Positions 1 to 14,534 of a stretch of 64,000 nt of DNA are shown here, in pieces. This stretch comes from Eledone cirrhosa. Its lineage: Eukaryota. Positions within the stretch are counted from its first letter, which is position 1. Every line of letters begins with the position of its first letter. The notes below the pieces were generated by a model, which was given only the letters and a program-made list of their open reading frames with translations, did no database searches and was not told where the DNA came from. The stretch lies in NCBI GenBank assembly GCA_964016885.1, contig OZ024741.1:344906001-344970000 (forward strand). Direction: 5' to 3'. Both the position numbers and the translations under genes were made by a program.

Positions 1-296
1 TGTGGACCAATTGTCTGGAATCATTTTGTGTGCTAAGGTGCAACTCTTCCAGACTCAAAAGAGGTAAAAACTATATATTAAAAAGATGCTGTTTAGTAAT
101 CAACAGACATGTTTGAAGTAAAACCTACCATTTTTTTGTAACATTAAAAAATATTTCAAAATTGTAAATGATACAAAAAAATGACTTTGCATAAAGTGGT
201 CCTTTTACAGGCCGTCAAGAAAAAGATGATAGTTTTTTTTTTTTTACTATAATCCTTCTCAATGGCCTCACTAGCCTGATTACTGTATTCTAAATA

Positions 297-485
297 ATTG
301 TTTCTACTTTAGGCACAAGGCCAGCAATTACCCAGTACATTACTGGTACTTTATTTTATCGACCCCGTAAGGATGAAAGGCAAAGTTAACCTCAGCGGGA
401 TTTGAACTCACACCGTAAAGAGACGTAACTATGCTAGAAAGCATGGCGTCTAACCCTTTACCGATACTGCCAATTCACCGCCCTC
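297..485 (-). mobile_element. tRNA-derived SINE, group A (octopus OK-like); further - copies near 8375-8555, 12455-12670, 12980-13125, 14790-14900, 45030-45215
   Basis: A/B-box head ggcggtggattggcagta...gagttcaaatcc plus conserved body actttgcctttcatccttacggggtcgataaaataaagtaccag. Confidence 0.8.
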
Positions 486-794
486 TGTATTCTAAATAAT
501 GAACCCCTTCATTCAATTCATAAGAACTTTTTATTTTATTCTTTGTGAATAGTGTATCCTATTTTTTTTTTATATTTTTATTCACCTTTTTTTATATTTT
601 CATTTTATACATGGCTAGTGAAATAAATGATAAATGAAAAAACATCTAAATTGGCTTTAATGGAAAGTGAAGGAAAAAAAGTAGAATTATTTTTAAAAAT
701 GAATTATTCAAATTTTTAATAAATTAATGAACAAATTAATTAAATGTTTCTACTAATGTATTGTATGTATTTTTTTTTTTTTTTTTTTTGACAG

Positions 795-924
795 CAGGCT
801 TCTGAGAGCCCCTCTCGTGCTCAACGCCGCACCAATTCCTTGACCCCTGGAGGTCGCAGTGGGTCTGTTGAAGACAGAAATACACTAGATTCTAAGCCTC
901 ACGCAACAACTGCCAAAAGAAAAG
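795..924 (+). CDS. Myt1: Myt1-family gene, internal coding exon (QASESPSRAQRRTNSLTPGGRSGSVEDRNTLDSKPHATTAKRK)
   Basis: Long poly-T tract then tandem acceptor acag/cag (start 795 or 798); only one open frame; donor AAG|gtgagg, phase 1 matches the next exon. Confidence 0.7.
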
Positions 925-1179
925 GTGAGGACGTTTCCCTTATTTGCTGTCCAAGAAATAAGTGTCAGTCTTTTGTGTGTGCATCTGTGTATAGGTGTGT
1001 CTGTGTGTGAGTGTGTTTGTGTATGGGTGTGTCTGTATGAGTGTGTGTGTTGGTGAGTGAAATTTTTATTTGAATATATATGTTTCCCATTCAATTATAT
1101 ATCCACTTCTCCAGCTAGTAGAATGCCTACTCCACTTACCCCATTGTCATTTCCTACAATATGTATATATCGTTATCCA

Positions 1180-1790
1180 ACCATCTTACTTGCGGTCAAC
1201 CCTTGGGTCTCCTGCAGGCTGGTTTTGCCCGTAAAATCTGTCCAGTGATTCTTTCCTAAGACACTCTAACCACATGCTCAGAGTATCAGAGTTGTGATCT
1301 CTCAATTCGGAGCAGTTGTGGCTCTACCTGAAGTGACTCTCTGATCTCGGAGCTACACACTCTATTGAGTAATGTTACTAAAAGTCCATTTAGAGGAACT
1401 ACATTTGGGCCACTTGTATTTGCAATCATATTCTTTTGGTCATTACTCAAGATTCATGACCATAGGTAAGGGTTGGCATGACTACCAAATTGAAGATAGC
1501 GAGTTTGACTTTTATACCTACCTCCATTCTGATTATCAACTCCTGAAGCTGGTGCTGTAATGCACCAGCTCCTGAAATTCTTGCATTTAATTCAGCCTCC
1601 TACCTTCCCTCATTCATGAACATGGCCGAGATACTTTGAACTTCTCCACCTGCTTCAGTGGAACTCCATTCAGATGTAGAGTGCACTGTGCAAGCTTTCT
1701 TGAGAGGACGAGTGTCTCAGTTTTTGCAACACTGATTTTCATTCCAGCCATGCAACATTCGGCATCAAACCTATCAAGTGCAAGTCAAGG
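1180..1790 (-). pseudogene. Degenerate RTE-clade LINE fragment (end of RT and C-terminus)
   Basis: Minus strand reads AGMKISVAKTETLVLSRK...LKQVEKFKYLG (one frameshift) and an RPxGRP-like tail. Confidence 0.65.
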
Positions 1791-1984
1791 ATTACCCTTT
1801 GTTGAAGTAATAGCTTGGCTGGTTTCACTTGGGGATCCAGCCAGATCAGTTGGAGATGTTTGTTTCTGACAAGATCTGCTGGAAGGAGTGTTTGAGGACT
1901 CTTCCCCCACAACCCTCTCAGGAATAAGTAGGAGAAGGTATATATATATCATAGGAAACATATAGATACTTTAGGTAGAAATTC

Positions 1985-2205
1985 TATACTATGTACACAA
2001 GCAAATCTTGGGTACTGAAGAGGTGTTGTGGGATAGCAGATAGACTAACAAGAAAGAAAGAATTTGTATGTAATAGATGCTCAGGGAAATTTGATAGGGA
2101 AAGTGTCAATGATATATACCTTTTTCAATCTCAGGTAGGATCCTTAGAAATGGTTGATAGTTTCTGCTACCTAAATGACTGAATTAGCAGTAGTGGAGGG
2201 TGCTT
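1985..2205 (+). pseudogene. Old fragment of PHD-bearing RTE LINE
   Basis: KSWVLKRCCGI..FVCNRC..LEMVDSFCYL is similar to 22480-22690. Confidence 0.65.
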
Positions 2206-2854
2206 TTGGAGCAATTTGTCAATTTAGTGGGAAATTTGTATTTTCTGGCTTGTTTACATGCCTACTTATTAGATATGTCTATATATTTATACGCAGTGTA
2301 GTCATAGTTACACACTCTGTATTTATACAGATACATTTATCTTTATATATATTTTATATCAATTAATTGTAAATCTACGCCATCTTTGAAAGATGGCGTA
2401 GATATACAATACATCAGGAGGAACATAATAGCACCACTGACGATGTTGCAGATGTGCAACGAAAGAACTTTGTTAGACTATATATATGTGTTTATATCTA
2501 TATTATATCTGTATTTTTACCATTGGTCAGTCAATGGTAAACATTGAGGACCGAATGAATTAACTGATATATATATATTAATTAATTTTAAAGACTTGAA
2601 AAAATTAATGAAGTAACATACTATTTCATTAGTAAACTGATGTTTGGCATTAGGAAGGGCATCCGGCCATAGAAAACTAGCCACAAACACCCCGATATGA
2701 GCGAGACATGGTCACCCAACCCAACTTGCCTCTAAATGGAACCCGTCTAACCCATGCTAGCATAGAAGATAGATGTCAATCGATGATGATGATGATGTTG
2801 ATGATATATATATATTCATTTATTCATATTCTATTTTTTATTTCATAATTCCAG

Positions 2855-2889
2855 TTCAATCAGAAAACTCAGAAAACCAGATGGGAAAG
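2855..2889 (+). CDS. Myt1: Myt1-family 35-nt exon (VQSENSENQMGK)
   Basis: ttccag| acceptor, AAG|gtaaat donor; phase 1 in, phase 0 out, fits neighbours. Confidence 0.6.
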
Positions 2890-4957
2890 GTAAATATAAA
2901 ATTTATCATTCTAAACTTCTATAATAGGATTTTGCTTCCCATGCCTTTCAAGTATTCAAGTGGTTCATTTTAAATGACTTCAACTATAGAATGAAATCAA
3001 AGACATAATGGAAGGTTTTAACCTAATGGAAATTAGATTTTTACACTTTCTTTAATATGGAGTGAAAGGTACCAGATGGAGAAATTAAACCCTGATCCTG
3101 ACATTTAGGAAACAAGATTCTTACCCACTTTGCTGTGACTTTACCGGGATAAAGGACTAAAATGTTACTGGACCAGTTTAAATCTTTAGTTACCATATTT
3201 CTAATAAAATACTGTATTAAATAATTTTAAAAATTAATGAAGAAACATACTATTTCATTAGTAAACTGATATTTCAAGGAGGTTGGTATCAAAGGGTTTT
3301 AAAGATAAGAGATAGCGATGGTGGAACATACATACACACAGACACAGAAACTGACACACACACACACACACACACATGCCCCATTTATATATATATATGC
3401 AGAAAGTAAATGGAAACAACACAGTACAATGAAGGAATATATTAGTTTAATGCTTGATTAGTAGGAGAAGAGTTTTTACTTTTCTGACACAGTCCTTCAT
3501 CGAAAGATAAAATTAAAAATAAAAGATGAAATAGAATGATAGAGTGAGAGGAGGAAGGGATGGACATTTTTTTTAGAAAAAGCATGTGTGTATTCAGTCA
3601 GCCATTTTGGAGTGTGTGTGTTTGTTAAATATTTACTCACAGTACAGCAATTATTAGAAAACTTATAAATTTAATGTATGTATAACCACAGTTTTACATG
3701 ATAAGCTATGCTGTTAAAATGAATATGAGAAAACCAAACACACTTATTCTGTTTAAAAAAACCCCACATAATTACAGACCTGCCAATCTCTAAAAACCCA
3801 AACAGGGAGTACCATGAAAAAAAAGGTGCTCCAAAAATGGGGAGAAAACAGATAAAATGGGGAGATTTTTCATAATGTAAGCTATGAAAACTATACCCAT
3901 TTTCACAAGAGAAGACATCTCACACCCACCCCAAAGTGGATGGGAGATCTCCCAGTCAGACAGAGGGTTGACAGGTCTGTTATTAGCTTTACATATTTCA
4001 CAGCTAGCTGGTTCTTTATCAAAAGACAAGTTATCTTATCCCTTTATCCATGAAGGGATCTTTTAGCAATTTCTGTTTATGTCAAACAGAACAAATCTTA
4101 ACTGCATGATGTGCCTTTGTTTCATTATATAATCCAGGGTAGGAGTAGGGTGGTAGTCTTCTGACAAAAGTAGAGTATAAATCTGAAAACCTCTTAGCAC
4201 ACTTACTTCAAGTTTCATATTCCTCTTAATTTCCAGTCCTACATGAAACAGTTTTAGCAAATAGTACTTTGTTTGAAAGCTACCACAATGTAATTTGGAT
4301 GATAAATATAAAAAATATAATGACAATGATGTTGTGATGTTACCTCAAAGTTCCTTATAAGTCCTTATATAAATTCCCTTCATCAAAAGGTTAATAGAAG
4401 TAATTAGTTTGGAGCTGTATATATTTTGTCACTTGTAAGCTGCCATTTTTTTTTATTTAGAAGCGGTAATATTTTTTTTCAATTCTGGAAGTGGTGAATG
4501 GATCACATGGTATGTGATCTGAGCTATGTTCTGATCTAAACTATTGTTGTATCATTTTTCAAATGAAATGCATTGTTTTACCCTGTATGTCTATGTTAGC
4601 CACTGTTTTGGGTTTTCAGTTTGGCTGTTATTATAAATTTGTTAACTCTGGGGTTGTATATTAGCACGATATTCTTGAAAAATACAAAACCTGCACTATG
4701 ACTGCATCACATTAAAAACTAAAGTCTTTACTTTAGTCTTCTACAAATTTTTGCAATGATCTCTCTCCGCTAGTAAAGATACTATAAACACAAATTAACA
4801 AACCTATTTTTCTAGATATTTTCAGAAAAATAATTACAGGATATTTAGAGTTATGTATAAATACATATTCATAAATATCTATTACTTAATTGCTTGTGAA
4901 TTATTGACGATCTTTAATGATTTTTAAAAATATTTTTCTTACTAGAACCTTCTTTAA

Positions 4958-5188
4958 CCCTTTAGCCCATATTCGGCCATATTCCGCCCATATTCGGCCC
5001 AAATTTTCTCACCTCTTACTATTTGAACTGGCTGTTACTTTCCACTCATACTGATGTTAAGGTATTGTTCTCAAAATTAATAACATCAAAATCTCATAGA
5101 TTTGGTAATATGTGAGATAATTATGTGAGGTAAAGCCTTTATCATGAAAATATAATAGTAAATATAGAGTAATGTAAATGCTAAAGGG
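4958..5188. mobile_element. piggyBac-type MITE; related copies near 12740-12953 and 42840-43020
   Basis: TTAA|ccctttagc ... gctaaaggg|TTAA termini; internal sequence shared with 39903-40151. Confidence 0.7.
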
Positions 5189-5799
5189 TTAAAGGCAATA
5201 TTTTCCCCCTAGACTCTTAGTCAATAGACTAAAGATGAATGGTCTGTTACCAAACCATCTTTACCCTCAACATATAACACTCCCCCTCAACAATATAACA
5301 AATGCTCTCCACAAATTATATGAACATTTTCTATATTGGTAGGATGGGGTGTTCTCAGCATTTTTTTTTTTTGCGTTTGTTTTTCTTCAATTTTACTTTT
5401 AATTTCCGTTTATTTCTCTGTTGTTTTTGTTATGTTTAATTAAATTACATGAATTAAATTAAAATTACAGCAATCAAATTTACAAAAATTATTATAAAAG
5501 ATTATCAAATCAAACATGTCTTCTTCCCAAATAGTTTCTGGGATAATTTAAAAATGAAAATTGCAAAATATATAAAACATTTAGAAAATCTATTCTCAAT
5601 ATTTATTTATAATAATTGATATTTTAAATAAAATAATCGTGTTGCTTCATGACATATACTTGCATATAGAATATAATATGATATTTATATGTAACACACT
5701 TGATATGACATTATATAATTTATATAATGTATTTAATATGATACATACAATACAACACATATAAATAGGAATAAATAAATATATATATGTATCTGGATA

Positions 5800-5842
<43 letters not shown>

Positions 5843-5869
5843 TATATATATAATATATATATATTTTAT

Positions 5870-5912
<43 letters not shown>

Positions 5913-5928
5913 TATATATATAATATAT

Positions 5929-5973
<45 letters not shown>

Positions 5974-6282
5974 TATATACATATATATATAATAAGCATG
6001 TAGTGTAAGATACCTAATACAATACATGACAAAATATACATAACTTACTTAATACAAGATAAGGAATGTATTCTATTATATATATATATATATATATATA
6101 TAGGGAATGGTGATGCATAATGGAAAATTATATAATCATATATATAATACATATTCTTAAATTCTTAGTACAATGCATTATATATATGTATACATATATA
6201 CACTTTATATATATATATATATACACTTTATATATGTATACATATATACACTTTATATATATGTATAAATATATATATTGGG

Positions 6283-6503
6283 GTGAAGGCGCGTGGCAGA
6301 TTGGTTAGAGAACTGAACTCGCAATCGTGAGGTTGTCAGTTTGATTCCTGGACCAAGCAATGCGTTATGTCCTTGAGCAAGATACTTTATTTCACGTTGC
6401 TCTTTCTACCTAGAGTTGCGACCTATATATAGTATTAGCAATCGGAAAGACCAATGAAAATATTGTTTTCTCGGTCCGATTTGACGAAAGTTGATCGACT
6501 GTC
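6283..6503 (+). mobile_element. tRNA-derived CORE-type SINE, group B; copies at 45557-45745 (+), 54672-54888 (-), older copies near 7710 and 43185
   Basis: tRNA-like head then CORE-like gtccttgagcaagacactttatttcac. Confidence 0.75.
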
Positions 6504-9205
6504 GATATATATATAAAAGTATATATGTATACCCATAGGCACACCCATACACAGACACACACACATTTAATACCTTCCATATGATACAGCTGGATACAGT
6601 GTTCATGCAATATTTTCTTTACTACATCCCCGCCCACCTCTTTACAGACAGGTTCATGATGGTCAACATCAGTGGAGATGGTTAAACTGTTTCATCATAG
6701 AAACAGCACAACATTTACAACAACAACTACAACAACTACAAAATACATGAAGCAGATGGTCTTTTAGGTAATGTCCAAATCACAAAATCTGCTCTAACAC
6801 CATCATCATGGTAATGCTGCTGTTGTTGTTGATGGTGATGGTGGTGGTGATGGCAGTGCTTACCAACCATACTAAATCGGCATGGGATACAACATGCATG
6901 AAACTCCAAGAACTACTAAAGCTGCTTCTCCCCCTTTTCTACCACCTTGCGGTCTCTTTTTTCTGCATGTATTAAACTTTTTCTTTTCATTCCTTTTCTT
7001 AAAACTTTTGGTTATTTTATTTTGTCTTTGTTGTTAACGAGTTTCTGGTTACAGAGAGTTATGGAATGGATTTGAATATGCGGGTTTAATGAATGCTCAT
7101 TAATATAACATTATTTTTTTGTTTTATTTTATTTATTTATTTTATTATTTATTTATTTATTTATTTATTTTTTATTATTATTTTTTTTTTCTTGCGGGTG
7201 TTGTAATTTATGAAGGTGAGGGATATCCTGGTTTTATTTCATCATCTCTGTTGTTTCTTTTTGGGAGGAAGGTTTTTTTTTTGACATGTTTAACTTGAAC
7301 TCCTCCTAAAAATACTTTCACCCCACCTTCCAGTGCCTCCATTATGTCAGCAACTATCTAAAGGGTCAGGCAACCTGCTAGAAATTAACATCTATGGGGC
7401 CACGATAAAAAGCACCAATTCCACATTGTAACATGTTTGGCATTAGGAAGAGCATCCAGCCATAGGAAGCAAGCCATAATTAAATCCGTATGATCAAGAC
7501 ATGGTCATCTGACTTGACTAATCTCATAACCTGACAATCTCCATCTTTACCCATTCAAGCATGAAAAATAGATGTGAAATGATGATGATAGTGATGATGA
7601 TGATTATGATGGTGATGATCCCTCAAGTCACACTCTACTATACTACCATTACATCATAACAAGGATGTGTGGATTAATACTCCACTGTACTACCATTACA
7701 TCATAATGAGGATGTGTGGCTTAGTGGTTAGAGTGCTGGGCTCATGATCTTAGGGTTGGGATTTTGATGCTCTGACCTGGCAGCACATTGAGTTTCATGC
7801 ATAAGACACTTTATTTGACATTGCTTAAGTCCACTCAGCTGGTAAAAAAAAAGGAATTGTACCTGTAATTCAATGGAGTCAGCCTTGTCACATACATTAT
7901 ATCTTGAAGACATCTTTGATCATAAGCCTGGTATCTCGAGTCTGACCCAGAACTAAACAGCCCAACCACCTCACTCTTCATTTTAATATCTGTTGCAATT
8001 CAAAGTCCCTTTTTTTCTGTTTTCCTTAATAGAATGGAGAAAGGTTTTTTTTTTGGGGGGGGGGGGGGGGGCAAGGCGGTCAGCAGTGAAATAAAAAGGT
8101 GTATAGGAAATCAGATTGAAAACAAACAGGAATTTATTAAGTCATGTGACAAGCATGACTAATGCAGAATATGTGTGAATGTAACAAATTATGCATATGA
8201 TAAAGATATGCATATGATAAAGATGGTGTATTGGGATGTGAGAACGTACATCCACAAAGGTGTGTGTAAGCGGGTTAGTGGGAAATAATGTCCAAGTCCA
8301 TGAGTGTTGCAATTATTAGCTTTCAGTTACTGACATTGAAGAAGTTAAAAGTCTTTGCTTCGTATAAGAATAATTGTGCCTACTTTTGGCACAAAGCCAG
8401 CAATTATCCCAGTGCATTACAGGTACTTTATTTTATCGACCCTGTAAAGATGAAAGGCAAAGTTAATCTCGGCGTGATTTGAACTCAAACCGTAAAGAGC
8501 CGTAACTATGCTGCAAAGCATGGTGTTCAACGCTCTACTGATACTGCCAATCCATATTGCGGCATATGAACTATGTCAGCTAGTGGTGTCCTGAGTTGCT
8601 GATGGTGATAGAAGGAGCGCTGAACATATCTTGCCAGGCTAGAAATCTCGCAGCAACTGTTCAGTATTCACGCCCGTCACACTTGGGTGAAAGTGACGTC
8701 ACCAAGCCTTTGCGCATGTATTCACTTCAACCTTTAACTATTGCTGGAGAAACTGTTTTAATTTTTGTTTGTTTGTTGGGTTTTTTTACAGCTGATTTTA
8801 CTATTTGTTTCTATGTGTATTACTAATGATGAAAGTGATGTGACAAGGTAGAGTTTTTAATTTTTTTATCTTGTATCACTTAATCAATGGAGGAATGACA
8901 TTTCAATGCCAATGAGCTTCCATACAGTCTGTGTCTACGAAATATCAGCTTGAGACTGTGATAGGAGACATTTGCATAAGGTATTTCACAGTGGGGTCCA
9001 ACCCCAAACTATCTAGTCATGAAACAAACTTCTTAACGACAGCCATATCTGATTAGCTCCCAGCAAGCTGAATTTGCGCTGCAGGTTCAATGCCCAGTCA
9101 AGACAGTTGACAATTTCCTTCAAGTAGATTTTTCCTCCATATACTACATAGTAAGTAAAACTTTGGTAGTGGTACCCCAAGCCTATTAACTGTTACTTGG
9201 CACCT

Positions 9206-10370
9206 GTGAAGTTGTAGTGGAACTAGTTTACCAGTCAGGTAGACTGCAGTGAAGTTGTAGTGAGATCTGTTTACCAGTCAGGTAGACTGCAGTGAAGTTG
9301 TAGTGGAACTAGTTTACCAGTCAGGTAGACTGCAGTGAAGTTGTAGTGAGATCTGTTTACCAGTCAGGTAGACTGCAGTGAAGTTATAGTGTGACCTGTT
9401 TACCAGTCAGGTCGACTGCAGTGAAGTTGTAGTGAGATCTGTTTACCAGTCAGGTAGACTACAGTGAAGTTGTAGTCTGACCTGTTTACCAGTCAGGTAG
9501 ACTGCAGTGAAGTTGTAGTGAGATCTGTTTACCAGTCAGGTAGACTGCAGTGAAGTTGTAGTGAGATCTGTTTACCAGTCAGGTAGACTACAGTGAAGTT
9601 GTAGTCTGACCTGTTTACCAGTCAGGTAGACTGCAGTGAAGTTGTAGTGAGATCTGTTTACCAGTCAGGTCGACTGCAGTGAAGTTGTAGTGAGATCTGT
9701 TTACCAGTCAGGTAGACTACAGTGAAGTTGTAGTCTGACCTGTTTACCAGTCAGGTAGACTGCAGTGAAGTTGTAGTGAGATCTGTTTACCAGTCAGGTA
9801 GACTGCAGTGAAGTTGTAGTGAGATCTGTTTACCAGTCAGGTAGACTACAGTGAAGTTGTAGTCTGACCTGTTTACCAGTCAGGTAGACTGCAGTGAAGT
9901 TGTAGTGAGATCTGTTTACCAGTCAGGTAGACTGCAGTGAAGTTGTAGTGAGATCTGTTTACCAGTCAGGTAGACTACAGTGAAGTTGTAGTCTGACCTG
10001 TTTACCAGTCAGGTAGACTGCAGTGAAGTTGTAGTGAGATCTGTTTACCAGTCAGGTCGACTGCAGTGAAGTTGTAGTGAGATCTGTTTACCAGTCAGGT
10101 AGACTACAGTGAAGTTGTAGTCTGACCTGTTTACCAGTCAGGTAGACTGCAGTGAAGTTGTAGTGAGATCTGTTTACCAGTCAGGTAGACTGCAGTGAAG
10201 TTGTAGTGAGATCTGTTTACCAGTCAGGTAGACTGCAGTGAAGTTGTAGTGAGATCTGTTTACCAGTCAGGTAGACGGCAGTGAAGTTGTAGTGGAGCTT
10301 GTTTACCAGTCAGGTAGACTGCAGTAAAGTTGTAGTGTGACCTGTTTACCAGTCAGGTAGACTACAGTAA
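9206..10370. repeat. 43-bp minisatellite, about 27 units, with 129-bp higher-order trimer
   Basis: Unit gtgaagttgtagtgagatctgtttaccagtcaggtagactgca; variant unit recurs every 129 bp (9461, 9590, 9719, 9848, 9977, 10106). Confidence 0.97.
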
Positions 10371-13300
10371 GTAGCTACTGTGTGCCTTGATTGCAGCAGG
10401 ATTTAGAATAGTGATTGCCTTTCCAACATTAACATCTCAGAATCAATCTTATTTAAGAAGTGACGAGCAAATTTTCAAAGTATGTTAGATTAAAGTAAGC
10501 TGCTTTAACATAACTTTTTATTTATTTATTTAGTTTTTTGTTTGTTTACTATTGAAACCTGTTTGATGAAAAACATAAGCAAGCAAACAATTTATTTGTC
10601 TTGTAGAGAGATCCCAAAAGATCATTGTAATGGAGTTTTAACTAATAGTACACTTTTTATTGCTAACCACGCAACCATGAAACTTGCCTTTTTCAACCAG
10701 GCAAGAATAAAATCACTTCTTATTTTTCAAGCCAGGTAAATTGAAATGCGATAAGTAAATCAATGTTTTGTGCATGAACTTACAACATGGCTGTGGATAT
10801 ATAATTAATGAAAAGTGTGATCTTAACTCCATAGATACTGTCTTCCATAGAAATCTTTGCAGCATAAAATAAATAAGTAACCAAGTAAAATCGTTTTACA
10901 AAGGATTTTATGTAGTTTTTAATGCAAAAGAAAATATTAGGTGTGTAATATATACATTAAGATTGTATTTGCATGTTGTGATGCATCTTTTTTGTTAGTT
11001 TCTTTCTAACTATGTCTATTTTGAATCCAATCTGGGAAGAATGTATATCTTCAGGTATAAGACACCTGGTGATGATTGGAGAAGAAACTGAGCTAACGGT
11101 AGTGTAGATATAAATATACACTCTAAATATAAGGAGTTTTATACTCCAGAAAAAAAACAACTATGCTTTTGTAATGATAACACTCTTAGGAACATTTTTT
11201 TTAGCGCAATCTCATTGCACAGCATCTTATCACTAATATATAGTGAGTGGAATTTGGTAGACAGAAACTGTGTGAAAGCCCATTGTATATATATATGCCT
11301 GTTTGTGTGTGTTCATGAATTTTTTGCAGTGTTAAAGAAAGCAAATAATTGTCTATAGCATTCAGAGAACTTTTTTGACCCAGACATTGAAAGAACCAAG
11401 TTTAATTTCATTATATACATTTATATATATTTTATATATTGTAATTGGTGAACAACAACATTATTTGTTACATGTTAACACTGGGCCAATCACTGGTACA
11501 CTGCATCTTTGGTAGTAAATGTGACAAGGGTGTGCCTGTAACTCGTTGCAGAGTAAACATTGTAAAGAACACATGTACATACACACATAAACATATACAT
11601 ACAGATGATAGGTTTTCACAGTTTGTATCTACAAAATTCCATTCACTAAATATTGATTATAAGAAGCCAATAATTTGTAATAACTTTAATCTTTTCATTA
11701 ACATAATTCTAATGAAAAATACAACTTACGGTTTTCAGTTAATTTTGAAAATAATCAAAATTTGGAGTGATTTAGTAATAATATAACTAACTAACTTTCA
11801 AATTATTAACCTGGTATTTGGAAAATAACTTAACAAAGATACTTACATAAAATTATGATGGAAGGCGTTTTTAGATAAATATAAACATTTGAAAATAAAC
11901 AGGTTTGTATTATAAAATGTGAGGCAGTTTTGGGGAGATTTTATATGAAAAGGGTTAATAATAAATAAACAAGAATTGATTGTTTTGTGAATTTTTTAAA
12001 ATTGAGATAATTTAGAGTAAACTTAAGATCTACTACATATGTTTTTTTACTATAAAAAAATATGCACTAAGTAGTGCATATAATCCCCTGGAGAAGGAAA
12101 CAGTGGCCAGTGACATCCTTGGGACATGAACCCACAATCTCCTTATAATGTATGGGTGTGCTACCATTACACCAAAGTGGTGACAGACTCCTCTTTCCCA
12201 TTATTTTAAAGCTTTATCATCCAAATATTTGTATATAAATATACCTTCTATTTTTAGAAGCATTAAGGTAGTTATGGATTTTTGAAAATTAAATTAAAGT
12301 AAATTCAACAGCTACAATGAATATTTTTTGTCACTGTTCACGTTTTTCTGTCTCCAGGGACTTAAACGCCCTACGTATTAGACCATTTTTCATAATGAAA
12401 AAAAAAATAAACTGTTAACTTTACTAAGTTATCTTAATTTTCATTATTAATAGTAATTTCTAATCTAGGCACAAAACCTGCAATTTGTGGCAAAGGTAAA
12501 ATTGATTGTATCGACCCCAGGACTTGACTGGTACTATATTTTATCAACCCCAGAATGGTGAAAAGCAAAGCTGACCTCAGCAAGATTTAAACTCACAATG
12601 TAAAAGGCTGTAACTAAATACCACAAGGCATTTTATTAAATACTCAAAGAATTCTGCCAATTCACCACCATATTTTCATTAATATTAATAATTTCTAACA
12701 TTTAGCTTCCTGTAATGTTTCCTAATTTGGACACAAAACCACCCTTTAGTATTTAAACTGGCTGTATCCAGCCAGAATTATCTCACCACTTTCTGTTCAA
12801 ACTGACCATAACTGGCCACCCATACTGATGTGAAGGTATTGTTCTCAAAATAAATAATATTGAAATCTCATAAATTCAATATTATGTGAGATAAAGTCTT
12901 TACCACAAAAATACAATAATATATATAAAGTAATGTAAATGTTAAAAGGTTAAAGTGAGGGGAAAAGTCATTTTAAATCACCAGTACTTGACAGGTACTT
13001 TATTTTATCAACCTCAGAATGATGGCAGGAAATGTTGACCTCATCGGGATTTGAACTCAGATCATAAAGAACCATAACTAAATTCTGCCAGGCACATTGT
13101 CTGATTCTCTATTGATACTACCAACCAACAACCCTTTTGCTTCCAAAAATAATTATAGCAATGCCCTAAGCTATTTCACAATGGAGAACCTATAACTTTT
13201 GACCTATAGCATTCAAACCTTAGCCTTTTAATTTGATCTAGTGCTTATAGTTTTGATTTGCTGCATAATAAGTCTTTTGATTGACTAACTTTAGAAGCTG

Positions 13301-14032
13301 GTCAACTTTTAACCTGATACTAATTCTTTTTGTGATGTTGGCAGATCACACGTTGGTTGATATGAATACCTGTTACTGCATATGGTACTGAGGAAACTGA
13401 TAATGACATGATAGGTGTTGTTGAGGGTGGTGGTGGCAGTGGTGGTAGTGGCAGCAGTGGTGGTAGTGGTGGTAGTGGTAGCAATGGAGGTAGTGGGTGG
13501 TGGTAGCAGCAGTGGTAGTGGCGGCAGTGGTGGTGGTACAAGTGGGGGTAGTGGTGGCAATGGAGGTAGTAGGTGGTGGCAGTGGTATTGGTTGAGGCTG
13601 TGGCGGTGGGTTGGTAGTACTGCTAGCAGTGGTGTTGTTGATAGGATGATGATGAGGAGGAGGAGGGGGGGGGGGGTAAGAGAAACTACATTTATGATTT
13701 CAAAAGAGTAAATAGAATACAACTTTGATTGTTCTGTATTTCTTACTAACTCACACATTCTCATTCTCTCTCCTTCTCACACTTACTTCCCTTTACTTTC
13801 TCTCTCTCTCACTCTCTATATTTTCTCTTCTTTTTTTTCTCCATCTATATATCTGTATTTGTGCATGTATACATGTATTTGATTAGATATATATGTTTAT
13901 ATATATACGTGGCAATGTGTGTGTGCGTATACACACACACACATATATGTATATAAATATATATATATATGAAAAGATTCAGGACCCCGACGGCTGAGCT
14001 CTGGCTGTTTCGACTGCTAGATCTGAATATAA

Positions 14033-14084
<52 letters not shown>

Positions 14085-14503
14085 TGCCATCGCCCAATAA
14101 AATGTTCAAAATTGTGAGGCACAAATGTGGCTCTTTAAACCAGCCAAAGACTTTTACCCTCTGGCACATACATGGCAACTGTAGGCTCTTGTGGGACTTT
14201 CCATTGTTTTGTTCTGGTTGTGTGTTCTCATGTATATATATATATATATATACACACACATATGTACATACACACGCCCCAGAACAGATTAAAATGGACA
14301 TCAACATGCATGGGAAACAAAACCACACCTCTTATGGGTTTGTTTCCTTGTTTCCCCACACAATTTGATACCCATTTTTTCTGTTCTGAGGGCTTATACA
14401 CCCTGTTATTATTAGAATATTTCCCTTAGTCAAAAATACAGTGAAAGTTACTTATTAAACTTAATTTTCAAATTTCACCACCGTCTTCTAATCACATGAT
14501 ATT

Positions 14504-14534
<31 letters not shown>

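Noticed and set aside
6283-6360. tRNA-like sequences (also 45557, 25792, 12110)
   Set aside because: They continue into SINE bodies and lack a full cloverleaf, so they are SINE heads
6648-6767. Possible exon (tttacag ... tag|gtaatg)
   Set aside because: Stops in all three frames across the interval; not needed for phase continuity
9206-10370. CRISPR-like regular repeats (also 43660-44820)
   Set aside because: No unique spacers, no cas genes, eukaryotic intron
13309-13764. Pro/Thr- or Gly/Val-rich ORFs
   Set aside because: Degenerate (GGT)n tract with no convincing splice sites or phase fit
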